DNA of 64,000 nt from Nitrospirota bacterium (GCA_963751455.1 CAVVUN010000012.1:1-64000), one strand, 5' to 3'. Shown: positions 15,372 to 25,096, numbered from the stretch's first letter. Numbers and translations are program-made. The notes: generated from the sequence alone by a model not told the origin.

Positions 15372-17244
15372 GATGATCTCGTAAGAACGAACTGTCGTGA
15401 TTCAGCCAAAATAAATCGCGCAAAACATCATATTTCCTTTGCAGTACAAGGGGTTTTGTGATACACAACAGCATCACCTATCGCAATCAAGGAGCCAGAA
15501 TGATCCACATCAAGGATCACAAAACCCCCGACATGTTCGATCCCTTTCCCTTCCTGGGACCTAAACGTAAACAGCGCATCGAGGGGTCCTGGGCAAAGGT
15601 ATTTCGGGAGCATATTCTTACCACGCTGCCAGTCGAGAAAATTTTCTCAAAATACGATCCGGTTTTCGGAGCGCCGACCAAGGAACTCTATTCCATGATC
15701 GGCCTCATGGTCCTCCAGCAGATGAACGACCTGACCGACGAAGAAGCCGTAGACCAGTTTGCCTATAATCTCCAGTGGCATTATGCCCTGAACATCACAA
15801 GCGCGGCGGACACCGCCGCTTATGTCAGCCCCAAGACCCTCTGGAACATGCGCGACCTACTGATCGAACGGAACCTCTACCAAGTTATCTTTGAAGAAGT
15901 CGTCACGATGCTTGCCGATGTATTCAAAGTCGATGTCGCCAAGCAGCGCTTCGACTCGGTCCACATCTACTCCAATATGCGCCACTTGGGCCGGCTCGGC
16001 CTGTTCGTAAAGACTATTAAGAAGTTCCTGGTGAACCTCAAGCGTCACCATAAAGACCTCTATGAATCATTAGAGACGGCCATCACCGACCGGTACATGA
16101 CCAAACAGGGAGATGCCGTCTTCTCGATGGTCAGACCCTCGGAATCGATAAACACGCTAAGGACGCTGGCCAACGACGTGTTCAGCCTGGTGGAACGGTT
16201 CAGAGGAAACGAGCCAATTACCACCATGAACACCTATCAGCTCCTTGTCCGGCTGCTTAAGGAACAATGCATCGTGGAACGCGTTGATACGCATACAACC
16301 CTGGTCTCGGTCAAGGCCAACAAGGACGTGCCTTCCGATTCTCTGCAAAACCCTTCCGACCCCGACGCCGGGTATGACGGCCACAAGGGCAAGGGCTACC
16401 AGGTGCAGGTCGCCGAAAGCTACGGCACGTCCGAGGATACCAACACCCTGAATTTGATCACCAGTGTGATCGTAGAACCTGCCCACAAGCACGACACCCA
16501 TGCCACTATTCCGCTTATCGAATCAACGGAGAAGTTGGGTCTGAAACCGGAAGCGGTCATTGCCGACACCCCCTATGGCAGCGACGAGAACTGCGAGAAG
16601 GCAAAGACCATGGGAGTTGAAGTCGTTTCCCCGGTCATGGGCAACCTCGGCGAAGACAGCGTGCCATTCACGGCATTCACCATGAACAGCGAAAACGAAA
16701 TCACCTTATGCCCCGAGGGACGCGCTCCTCTCAAAACCCGGAGCAAAGACGACAATCACTCCGCGCTCTTTTCAAAAAAAGCGTGCCGTGGTTGTTCCCG
16801 AAAAAACACATGTCCGACGCTGCCCGGCAAAAAGGGCCGCTATCTCCGATACGACGATAAAGCGATCCGTCTGGCCCAGCGACGGGCTCAGGAAGACACT
16901 CCCGAGTTTCGGGACAGGTACCGCTTCCGTGCAGGGGTCGAAGGAACCATGTCTCAGCTTGACCGAATAACCGGCTTCAAGAACTTGCGCGTCCGAGGAC
17001 TGTCCGCCGTGAGCTTCGCCGCGTACTTGAAGGCTGCCGGAATCAACATTATCCGGGCGGCGGCATTCCGCAAACGGGAAAAGGAAGAGGAATCGGCCCT
17101 CATAGCCGCCCTTTCATTGCTATTTTGTGCTGTCAAAGAACGAGTGCAGAATGTTTCAGCCGCCATCGGGCGCTGGATCAGTCTCCGGCCGCTGATTATG
17201 CAGTTTAAGGTACTTTACGCCGTTTGACTTCTTACGAATTCATC
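15372..17244 (+). mobile_element. IS element, IS1182-like, with 6-bp AAAATT direct repeats
   Basis: IRL GATGATCTCGTAAGAA; IRR (reverse complement) GATGAATTCGTAAGAA; AAAATT at 15366-15371 and 17245-17250. Confidence 0.88.
15500..17227 (+). CDS. DDE transposase (IS1182-like, Cys-rich C-terminal region)
   Basis: RFDSVHI, PSDPDAGY, IADTPYGS, YRFRAGVEGT motifs; SD AAGGAG before ATG at 15500. Confidence 0.9.
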   Translation: MIHIKDHKTPDMFDPFPFLGPKRKQRIEGSWAKVFREHILTTLPVEKIFSKYDPVFGAPTKELYSMIGLMVLQQMNDLTDEEAVDQFAYNLQWHYALNITSAADTAAYVSPKTLWNMRDLLIERNLYQVIFEEVVTMLADVFKVDVAKQRFDSVHIYSNMRHLGRLGLFVKTIKKFLVNLKRHHKDLYESLETAITDRYMTKQGDAVFSMVRPSESINTLRTLANDVFSLVERFRGNEPITTMNTYQLLVRLLKEQCIVERVDTHTTLVSVKANKDVPSDSLQNPSDPDAGYDGHKGKGYQVQVAESYGTSEDTNTLNLITSVIVEPAHKHDTHATIPLIESTEKLGLKPEAVIADTPYGSDENCEKAKTMGVEVVSPVMGNLGEDSVPFTAFTMNSENEITLCPEGRAPLKTRSKDDNHSALFSKKACRGCSRKNTCPTLPGKKGRYLRYDDKAIRLAQRRAQEDTPEFRDRYRFRAGVEGTMSQLDRITGFKNLRVRGLSAVSFAAYLKAAGINIIRAAAFRKREKEEESALIAALSLLFCAVKERVQNVSAAIGRWISLRPLIMQFKVLYAV

Positions 17245-17250
17245 AAAATT

Positions 17251-17382
17251 GACGGTCTCGTAAAAAGTCGAAAATCACCGAAAGACCATCATTCCGGCTT
17301 GTCCGGAATCCTTCTTTTTCAGCATGTTGAATGGCAAAACGATTCCCGACAAGCGGGAATGACTGCTTTTTACGAGTTCATC
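17251..17382. mobile_element. 132-bp MITE sharing the IS termini, with an internal CATTCC...GGAATG REP-like hairpin
   Basis: GACGGTCTCGTAAAAAG ... CTTTTTACGAGTTCATC, followed by a third AAAATT at 17383-17388. Confidence 0.8.
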
Positions 17383-17574
17383 AAAATTGAATCATATCTA
17401 TCTTTAAATACTTTACTTAACAGGATCTTTAATTTTGAGTCAAGTTTTTCAAGTAAATCAAAAATCAAAAACCATTTACCGCGAAGGTGTTGGTTTGTTC
17501 ATTGTTTTGAGGCGAAACCTCGTTAAATTTAATCCGCCTTTTCAGATTTTATCCGTGTCCAGAAAATAATTTTA

Positions 17575-18558
17575 ATGACTATCATTAATGTTCAAAATCT
17601 ATCCAAGCATTTCAAATCGCTGAAAGCCGTCGACGACATCTCCTTTTCCGTCAACGAGGGAGAAGTCTTCGGCTTTCTTGGCCCCAACGGCGCGGGAAAA
17701 ACAACGACGATCAATATTCTCTGTACCCTCCTCTCACCGAGCAGCGGAAGCGCTGAAATCGCGGGGTATGATTGCGCAAAGCAGCCCGACCAGGTCCGCG
17801 CGGCAATCGGGCTCATCTTCCAGGATACAACGCTTGATAACGGGCTGACCGCATACGAAAATCTGAAGTTTCACGCCTACCTCTACAACCTCGAAAGAAA
17901 GCTGACCGAAACGCGGATCGACGAAATGCTCGGGGTCGTCGAGCTGCAAAGCCGCAAAAACGATCTAATCAAAAATTTTTCAGGCGGCATGAAGCGGAGG
18001 CTCAAGATAGCCCGCGGCCTGCTCCACTACCCACGCGTGCTGTTCCTGGACGAGCCGACCCTCGGCCTTGACCCCCAGACGCGAAATACGATCTGGGACT
18101 TCATCAACACGCTCAGGAAAACCGAGAAAATCACCGTCTTTATGACGACCCACTATATGGAAGAGGCCGAAAATTGCGATCGTATCGCGATTATCGACCA
18201 CGGCAAGATTATCGCGCTTGATACGCCCCAACGCCTCAAAGACATGGTACATGGCGACATCATAACGGTAGAGACAGCGGATAATAAACGGGCACTGCAG
18301 GAGATACAGTCTCTGTTCGGGATGAAGACCTGGACCGAGAACAGCGGGTTGTGCATTGAAGCCGAAAAAGGCGACGAATTCATTCCGAAGCTCATTCGCG
18401 GTCTGACCGTTAAAACACTCTCGGTAAGTCTCAAAAAACCGACACTCAACGATGTGTTTCTCCGGCTGACCGGAAGGACCATAAGGGACGAAGGGCTCCA
18501 GAATAACCGGGAGATAACCCGGGAATTCGTACGGAGCCACCGCAGGGCACAGCGATGA
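17575..18558 (+). CDS. ABC-2 exporter ATP-binding subunit (DrrA-like)
   Basis: Walker A GPNGAGKTT, FSGGMKRR, LDEPT, TTHYMEEAE. Confidence 0.93.
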   Translation: MTIINVQNLSKHFKSLKAVDDISFSVNEGEVFGFLGPNGAGKTTTINILCTLLSPSSGSAEIAGYDCAKQPDQVRAAIGLIFQDTTLDNGLTAYENLKFHAYLYNLERKLTETRIDEMLGVVELQSRKNDLIKNFSGGMKRRLKIARGLLHYPRVLFLDEPTLGLDPQTRNTIWDFINTLRKTEKITVFMTTHYMEEAENCDRIAIIDHGKIIALDTPQRLKDMVHGDIITVETADNKRALQEIQSLFGMKTWTENSGLCIEAEKGDEFIPKLIRGLTVKTLSVSLKKPTLNDVFLRLTGRTIRDEGLQNNREITREFVRSHRRAQR

Positions 18559-19322
18559 TCCAGTTTCGTGCCATCTATGTCATCTGCCTGCGGGAGTTTA
18601 AAAAATTCTTCCGCGAAAAAAGCCGCCTCCTCGGGACACTCGCCAGGCCGGTACTCTGGCTGTTCGTCGTCGGCAACGGAATGAACTCGCTGATCCGGCC
18701 CCAAGTCGGATTTTCCTACCTGCAGTTTATCTTTCCCGGCATGATCGGCATGACCATCCTCTTCTCATCCATCTTCTCGTCGATATCAATTGTATGGGAC
18801 CGTGAATTCGGTTTTATGAAAGAGATGCTGGTAGCACCGATCTCCCGCGTGTCCATAGTGATCGGCAAGGCCGTTTCCGGTACGCTGATTTCAGTAGCGC
18901 AGGCAATCATCATCCTGTTCCTTGTTCCCTTTCTGGGCATCCAACTGACGGTTGCACAGTTCCTGGAAGTGGTGGCCGTCTCTCTCCTCGTTTCGTTCTG
19001 CATTACGTCGCTCGGGATATTGATAGCTGCACGGCTCACGTCCTTTGACGGGTTCAACATAATCATGAACTTCCTCGTTATGCCGATGCTGTTCCTCTCA
19101 GGGGCAATGTACCCCGTCACGTCGATGCCTCCTGCGCTCCGCTGGCTCAGTCAGCTTAACCCGCTCACGTACGGCGTCGATGCGTTCAAGCATGTCCTGC
19201 TTCTGAAGAGCACGCCTCCGCTCGGACCTGAGTTTTCGATTGTTCTCGATCTTTCAGTCGTTATCGCCCTGTCCTTCATTATGCTCACCCTGGCGGCAAT
19301 GTCCTTCAGGCGGAAGGAATAA
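18555..19322 (+). CDS. ABC-2 exporter permease (DrrB-like)
   Basis: DREFGFMKEMLVAP, FLSGAMYP, NPLTYGVD; about 6 TM segments; overlaps the ATPase stop. Confidence 0.93.
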   Translation: MIQFRAIYVICLREFKKFFREKSRLLGTLARPVLWLFVVGNGMNSLIRPQVGFSYLQFIFPGMIGMTILFSSIFSSISIVWDREFGFMKEMLVAPISRVSIVIGKAVSGTLISVAQAIIILFLVPFLGIQLTVAQFLEVVAVSLLVSFCITSLGILIAARLTSFDGFNIIMNFLVMPMLFLSGAMYPVTSMPPALRWLSQLNPLTYGVDAFKHVLLLKSTPPLGPEFSIVLDLSVVIALSFIMLTLAAMSFRRKE

Positions 19323-19430
19323 GCCGGTTAGCCTGCAAACCTAAAATTTGCTTGAGTTTTGTCCGATAAAATACTATTATTATGCCTTTGAGAGTTTGCG
19401 CAGATAAATAAAAACAGTGAGGAGAAGCCG

Positions 19431-20462
19431 ATGTCGAGAGCAGACAGGTTTATCAAGGCGTGCAGGCGAGAGCCGGTTGACTGCACCCCGGTATGGATGA
19501 TGCGGCAGGCAGGGAGATATTTGCCGGAATACCGGGAGATCCGCGCAAAGCACACTTTTCTCGAGATGTGCAAAACTCCGGAGCTCGCCGCCGAAGTTAC
19601 AATCCAGCCGGTCAGGCGCTATGAGATCGATACCGCGATCATCTTCGCTGACATCCTGCTGCCGCTCGAGCCCATGGGTATCGGCCTCGAATTCGCCAAA
19701 GGCGAAGGCCCGGTGATCCATAATCCCGTCCGCAGCATGGCCGATGTTCAGAAGCTCAAAACCATCGATGCCGCGACGCAAATCGCGTACCTTATGAAAG
19801 CAATAAAGATCGTGCTTAAGGAACTGAACGGTAAGGTGCCGCTCATCGGCTTCTCAGGCGCCCCATTCACGCTCGCAAGTTATATTATAGAAGGCGGCGG
19901 ATCCCGCAATTACGAACACGCTAAAGCAATGATGTTTGCGGAACCAAAGACATGGCATAAGCTGATGGAACATTTGACCGGCGTCATCATCAACTATTTA
20001 AACGCACAGATCGACGCTGGTGTTCAGGTTGTGCAGCTCTTTGACAGCTGGGTGGGTGCGCTCGGCCCCAGCGATTACCGGGAGTTCGTTCTGCCGCATC
20101 AGAAAAATGTAATAGCCGGCATCAAAAAAAGCGTTCCGCTCATTCACTTTGCGAACGGCGCGGCCCATCTGCTGGAAATGGTTGCCGAGGGCGGTGGCGA
20201 CGTGATCGGTCTCGATTGGCGGTGCGATCTCGATTCAGCCTGGAAGCGTGTAGGCCACGATAAGGCAGTGCAGGGAAACCTCGATCCTGTTTCGCTCTTC
20301 GGCTCAAAAGAGTTCATTCGGAAACGCACGAAGGAAATCATCGACCGGGCCGCAAACAGGAACGGTCATATCATGAATCTAGGCCACGGGATTCTTCAGC
20401 AAACGCCGCTGGACCATGCTGAAGAGTTCATTAACGCCACGCACGAACTGAGCAAAAGATAA
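19431..20462 (+). CDS. hemE: Uroporphyrinogen decarboxylase
   Basis: PVWMMRQAGRYLPEY, GAPFTLASY, NLGHGI. Confidence 0.97.
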   Translation: MSRADRFIKACRREPVDCTPVWMMRQAGRYLPEYREIRAKHTFLEMCKTPELAAEVTIQPVRRYEIDTAIIFADILLPLEPMGIGLEFAKGEGPVIHNPVRSMADVQKLKTIDAATQIAYLMKAIKIVLKELNGKVPLIGFSGAPFTLASYIIEGGGSRNYEHAKAMMFAEPKTWHKLMEHLTGVIINYLNAQIDAGVQVVQLFDSWVGALGPSDYREFVLPHQKNVIAGIKKSVPLIHFANGAAHLLEMVAEGGGDVIGLDWRCDLDSAWKRVGHDKAVQGNLDPVSLFGSKEFIRKRTKEIIDRAANRNGHIMNLGHGILQQTPLDHAEEFINATHELSKR

Positions 20463-20471
20463 TAAAGGCTA

Positions 20472-20620
20472 TTTTGGACACGGATAAAATCTGAAAAAGC
20501 AGGATTAAACTTAATTCCGTTTTAGAATTTCTGAAGCAAGCTTTATCCGACCCTTCCGCCTGCGCCCGGCGTTTACGAGTGATAACGCGAGTGCAGGGTG
20601 TGCAAATCCGTGTCCCAAAA
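20472..20620. repeat. TTTTGGACACGGAT-type bipartite palindrome with nested hairpin at 20558-20599
   Basis: TTTTGGACACGGATAAAATCTGAAAA ... AAATCCGTGTCCCAAAA; the same left arm occurs at 13629. Confidence 0.85.
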
Positions 20621-20628
20621 GTATTTTA

Positions 20629-21525
20629 ATGTCTCATACAGCAATTATACTGATCGCTCTGGGCGGGCCCCGATCGCTCGATGAAGTCGGGCCGTTCATG
20701 GCCGCTTTTATGGGCCGTCCAGCACCCGAACCGGTCGTTCAAGCCGTTATTGAACGCTATAAATTAATCGGCGGAAAGTCGCCGCTGCCCGAACTGGTTG
20801 AAGCGCAGGCAGCATCACTTGCCCGGGAACTTGGGAACGGCTATCATGTGTATGCGGGCTTCCGATACTCTTCTCCTTCGATAGGCGTGGCGTTTGAAAA
20901 GGCGGTCCGCGACGGCGCCAGCCGCGTCGTCGGCCTCTCGATGTCGCCTTTTGAAACAATCGTTACAACCGGCGCGTACCGGGCAGCTTTCGATTCGCTT
21001 GAAAACGGGACAATCAGTAAGTCCTTCATTGCCAGCTGGCACGACAATCGGCTTTTCATCAATGCCTGGCAGGAAAAGGTGCGCGACGCGTTGAGACGCT
21101 TCCGGGAAACACAGCGGCGCTATTCGGTCGTAATTTTCACCAGCCACAGCATTCCCCTGCGGTATATCAAGGAAGGGGACCCGTACAAGGACCAGGTTGA
21201 AGAAACAGTGAAGTTGATTGCCGAAGGCATCGGCTTACATGAATGGCGGATCGCGTGGCAAAGCAAAGGGGCACGCGCGACCGAACCCTGGATCGAGCCG
21301 GAGGTCGAGCGCGTCCTTGAATCAGCTGCGGAGCATAAGCTGAATTATGTGCTCGAGGTGCCCGTCGGATTCACTTGCGACCACATGGAGACGCTGTACG
21401 ATATTGACATCGTACATCGGAAATATGCGGCCGGCCTCGGGCTGACCTTCGAGCGCCTCGAATCGCTGAACACATCGCATTTATTTATTAAGGCGCTTGC
21501 GGATATTGTGAAAAATAATGCCTAA
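20629..21525 (+). CDS. hemH: Ferrochelatase (probably coproporphyrin ferrochelatase type)
   Basis: RYKLIGGKSPL, FTSHSIP, GDPY, WQSKG, PVGFTCDHMETLYDID. Confidence 0.93.
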   Translation: MSHTAIILIALGGPRSLDEVGPFMAAFMGRPAPEPVVQAVIERYKLIGGKSPLPELVEAQAASLARELGNGYHVYAGFRYSSPSIGVAFEKAVRDGASRVVGLSMSPFETIVTTGAYRAAFDSLENGTISKSFIASWHDNRLFINAWQEKVRDALRRFRETQRRYSVVIFTSHSIPLRYIKEGDPYKDQVEETVKLIAEGIGLHEWRIAWQSKGARATEPWIEPEVERVLESAAEHKLNYVLEVPVGFTCDHMETLYDIDIVHRKYAAGLGLTFERLESLNTSHLFIKALADIVKNNA

Positions 21526-21565
21526 ACTTTGGACACGGATTAGGACGAAAAAGACGGATTGACAA

Positions 21566-21958
21566 ATGAAAGGCCTACGGAATCATCCGCTTAACGATCT
21601 TACCGAGAAGATAATTAAGGCGTTTTATAAAGTTTACAACACACTTGGCTACGGTTTTTTGGAAAAGGTTTATGTCAAAGCATTAATGATAGAGTTAGAA
21701 AAGATGGGCATTCTTGCGATAGCAGAGAGTGCTATAAATGTTTATTACGGTAGCATTATTATCGGAGTATACTCAACTGACATTCTTGTAGAAAATCAGA
21801 TTATAGTCGAAGTAAAAGCGACAAAAATGCTTACTCTTGATCATGAAGCGCAATTGCTACATTATCTTAAAGCAACCAGGATTGAAGTTGGGTTGCTTTT
21901 CAATTTTGGACCGAAACCGGAAGTGAAGCGAAGAATATTTGATAATTCGAGTAAATAG
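21566..21958 (+). CDS. GxxExxY protein (PD-(D/E)XK nuclease-like)
   Basis: LGYGFLEKVY, DILVENQIIVEVKA, AQLLHYLKAT, GLLFNFG; AT-rich relative to its neighbours; flanked by ACACGGAT/ATCCGTGT arms. Confidence 0.93.
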   Translation: MKGLRNHPLNDLTEKIIKAFYKVYNTLGYGFLEKVYVKALMIELEKMGILAIAESAINVYYGSIIIGVYSTDILVENQIIVEVKATKMLTLDHEAQLLHYLKATRIEVGLLFNFGPKPEVKRRIFDNSSK

Positions 21959-22139
21959 TGAGCACTATTGAAATGCTGCTAGGTACTATGAAATTACATT
22001 ACTCACGTTATCCAGGAAAAGAATCGTCGTTTGTTCTAGAATATGTTTAAGCCGGTGTTTCCGTGTTTATCCGTGTGCAAATGCCGTTTTCTTTTATCAT
22101 TTTTTCGGCGTTAAACCGTGTCAAAAATCGAGGCTTTTC

Positions 22140-23564
22140 ATGTCTAAAATCATTATCATAGGCGGCGGCATTGCAGGGTTGGCTGCCGCAGTCCATCTCA
22201 AGGCCGGCGCCAAAGCCCACGGCAAGACGGTCGAGGTATTACTGCTGGAAAAGAACGCGCGAATCGGCGGCAAGATCCTGACCGAGAAACTCGACAAGTA
22301 TCTGATTGAGGGCGGGCCTGACAGTTTTCTCCCGGAAAAGGTGTGGTCCGTCAATCTCGCGAAGTTTCTCGGTTTGGGGCCCGAAATGCTTCCGTCGAAT
22401 GACGATTTCAAAGGAACGTTCATCTATTCACAGAGACAGCTTCATTCGCTTCCCGAGGGCGTGATGCTCATGGTCCCAACGTCGTTCTGGCCCATGGCAA
22501 AGTCCAAGCTCATTTCCTGGCCGGGAAAAATGCGCATGGGCGCCGAGGTATTCATCCCGAAACGAAAGCTCATGGGAGATGAAAGTCTCGCCTCATTCGT
22601 TACGCGCCGTCTTGGCCGGGAGTGCCTCGAGAAAATCGCGGAACCCCTGGTTGCAGGCATCCATACCTCGAATCCCGATAACATGAGCGTCCTCGCGACC
22701 TTCCCTCGCTTCGTGCAGATGGAGCAGAAGAGCGGAAGCCTCATCCGCGGAATGCTTGCTGCGGTAAAGAGCAGGCCCCATGCGACCCTGAGCGGTCCTC
22801 CTCCAAAACCCGGCGCTCCTAAAATAACGTATTTCATGAGCTTCAAGAACGGCATGAGTACGCTGGCCCAGTCCTGTGCCGATTACGTGGGCAAGGATTC
22901 GATCCGGCTCGGCGCTTCTGTCAAAGCCATCGAACCGAAAGACAAGGGCTACAGGGTCATCCTGGAATCCGGAGAGGCGCTTGAAGCAGACAGCGTCATG
23001 ATAGGAACGGCCTCGTACGATGCCGCGGAAATGGTAAAGGGGTTCGATGGAACGCTTGCGGAGCAGATGAATAAAATCCAATGGTCATCTTCCGGCACGG
23101 TTTCGATCGCATTCCGAAAGTCGGACGTGAAAGTGCCTCTCAAGGGGTTCGGTTTCATCGTGCCGAGAGTCGAGGGCAGGAGAGTCAACGCCGCGACGTA
23201 CAGTTCCATAAAATGGTCGTACCGGGCGCCCGATGATCAAGTCCTCATCCGCGCATTCGTAGGCGGAGGGCATCACGAGGAACTGGTCCATGAACTGGAC
23301 GACACGGGCATGACAAAAATGATGCTGGAAGAGCTCGATACCATCCTCGGAGTCAAGGCGAACCCGGCATTCTCCAAAGTCTATCGATGGTTCAAGGGCA
23401 TGCCGAAATACACGGTCGGCCACCTCGACCGTATGACGCTTATCGACCGCAGCTTGTCCGCGCACCCCGGACTGCACGTTATCGGCTGCTCGTATAAGGG
23501 AATCGGGATCGGCGACTGCATCCATGAGGCGCAGGTCGCGGCGGAGAGAATTTTAAAAACATAG
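22140..23564 (+). CDS. hemY: HemY-type copro/protoporphyrinogen oxidase
   Basis: IIGGGIAGL, EGGPDSF, GFGFIVP, MPKYTVGH, GIGIGDCI. Confidence 0.93.
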   Translation: MSKIIIIGGGIAGLAAAVHLKAGAKAHGKTVEVLLLEKNARIGGKILTEKLDKYLIEGGPDSFLPEKVWSVNLAKFLGLGPEMLPSNDDFKGTFIYSQRQLHSLPEGVMLMVPTSFWPMAKSKLISWPGKMRMGAEVFIPKRKLMGDESLASFVTRRLGRECLEKIAEPLVAGIHTSNPDNMSVLATFPRFVQMEQKSGSLIRGMLAAVKSRPHATLSGPPPKPGAPKITYFMSFKNGMSTLAQSCADYVGKDSIRLGASVKAIEPKDKGYRVILESGEALEADSVMIGTASYDAAEMVKGFDGTLAEQMNKIQWSSSGTVSIAFRKSDVKVPLKGFGFIVPRVEGRRVNAATYSSIKWSYRAPDDQVLIRAFVGGGHHEELVHELDDTGMTKMMLEELDTILGVKANPAFSKVYRWFKGMPKYTVGHLDRMTLIDRSLSAHPGLHVIGCSYKGIGIGDCIHEAQVAAERILKT

Positions 23565-23879
23565 AAAAATCGGATTGAGTTCGCGTGGGATGACGGATAA
23601 AATCGGGGTTGATCAAGAAAAAGAGTGTGCGGCAAGCGCTTGCTTCATTCTCTCTTTTGTTCGCTTTTCTTCCAGCCGGAGCTGATGTTGTTCAATCAGC
23701 TTCATTACACACCTATATTGTGTATCATAGCGAGGAGAAACTCACCACGTCTATTTCATTCCTCGCAAATAGACGATCACGGTTGATAAAAAAGCAGTTC
23801 GGCAATCCGCCTTTTTCTTTTTTCGGAAAAAAATTTCAGCCCGCCCTTCCTGCGTCTGAAGAGCAGACAGTTGTCATAT

Positions 23880-24137
23880 TCATGCGGCTTTACTTTTAGT
23901 CAGATTCTCAAGGACCCACATCCTGACGAGCTGGAGGTAGCCAATGCCCTTACGTTCGGCAATCTTTTTTAAGTCCTTGATTGTTTTTTCATCAAGCCTG
24001 AGAGAAACCAGTTTTTTCTTCGGACGAGTGAATTTCGCTTTCACTTCCCTTGTTCCGGAAAGATAGTCTGCACTGTCATGCGTCGCCCAGAAATCAGCTT
24101 CCTCTTTTTCCGTTTTGAATTTCGGCATTTTTTTCAT
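23880..24137 (-). CDS. BrnA/CopG-like antitoxin
   Basis: PKFKTEKEEADFWATHD and VSLRLD...GIGYLQLVRMWV (RHH-like); directly downstream of the BrnT gene. Confidence 0.85.
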   Translation of the reverse strand: MKKMPKFKTEKEEADFWATHDSADYLSGTREVKAKFTRPKKKLVSLRLDEKTIKDLKKIAERKGIGYLQLVRMWVLENLTKSKAA

Positions 24138-24142
24138 TAAAA

Positions 24143-24406
24143 TCATCTCCTCTTATACAAAGACTTTTCCCGTTCGGTCATGTCGCGTGCGGTAATCGTC
24201 CGGAATACTCCCCGGCCCTTATTGACTCCGACGATAAAAAGATATCTGCCCTCGTCAGAGACCCCGTAGACGAGGTAACGGCCCTCAGCGGTCTTTCGCA
24301 GGTGAGGTTTGTTGACACATGCCTCTTCCACCTCGTCAGGAACAACGTTGTGCTCCAGCATATGCTCAATGTTTGCATCGTCCCATTCAAAAGCGTTGAA
24401 GAGCAC
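24143..24406 (-). CDS. BrnT family toxin
   Basis: FEWDDANIEH...HNVVPDEVEEA, GRYLFIV, TITARDMTEREK; promoter TTGACA(24464)-17 bp-TATCTT. Confidence 0.88.
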   Translation of the reverse strand: MLFNAFEWDDANIEHMLEHNVVPDEVEEACVNKPHLRKTAEGRYLVYGVSDEGRYLFIVGVNKGRGVFRTITARDMTEREKSLYKRR

Positions 24407-24557
24407 AATGACCTCGCCATCCGAGAGATGTCTATAAGATAGCCTTTTAACCGCGCTTTGTCAATGTTTTTTAATTCCGGAAATCGATGGTATCACAAAG
24501 CTGCTTGTATCGCATCGCTGATGCGATGCCTCGTGCAGGAGGACAAACGGAACGGAG

Positions 24558-24638
24558 CGTCATTCCGGGCTTGACCCGGAATCCAGGGACTTAAAGGAAA
24601 AGACACTGGATTTCCGATAGGGGCGATCGGGAATGACG
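24558..24638. repeat. REP-like CGTCATTCC...GGAATGACG palindrome
   Basis: CGTCATTCCGGGCTTGACCCGGAATCCAG ... CTGGATTTCCG...CGGGAATGACG; related to the core of the MITE at 17251. Confidence 0.75.
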
Positions 24639-24930
24639 AATTAATACGTTCGGACTGCCCCGAAGGGGCCATGCCTTCCGGGCGAAAGTCCCGGACGGCG
24701 TGTAGACCTAGTTCCATATTCGATACATATTTTGAAAAAACGTGAGAATCAACATCGGGAGCGCTTATGTTTTCTCTTTAAGAGATAGTGAATCCGTGTT
24801 TAGTCCTACCCATAGACCGGTATCTCTTCCAGGTCCTCCGGCCATAGCATCTCGCGCCGCCATTCCGCTTCCTGAAGTTCATTCCAAGCGCATAACCAAA
24901 ACCGTTACAGTTGTAGACAGCGCAAAACAG

Positions 24931-24976
24931 GACTGCATCCATGAGGCGCAGGTTGCGGCGGAGAGGATTTTCAAAA
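24931..24976 (+). repeat. Direct repeat of the hemY 3' end (23514-23559)
   Basis: 43/46 identity by manual alignment. Confidence 0.9.
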
Positions 24977-25096
24977 TCGTAGTATTGGAGCGAATGACGG
25001 GTATTTGAATATGAGCCCATCCGTAGCAGTTTTACATTCAACAGTTTAATGGATAAGGGCTCGGATTACATGAAACAATGAAAAGTGCCGAGCAAA

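Larger units (their letters stand above)
15285..17566. repeat. TTTTGGACACGGAT...ATCCGTGTCCA repeat split by an IS and a MITE
   Basis: Left arm at 15285 and right arm at 17551-17566; an uninterrupted inverted relative lies at 20472-20620. Confidence 0.7.

Noticed and set aside
24650-24710. GC-rich hairpins with GAAA-type loops resembling a c-di-GMP riboswitch
   Set aside because: The GGCAAA and GACGCAAAG consensus elements are missing; an Rfam scan would be needed to support it.
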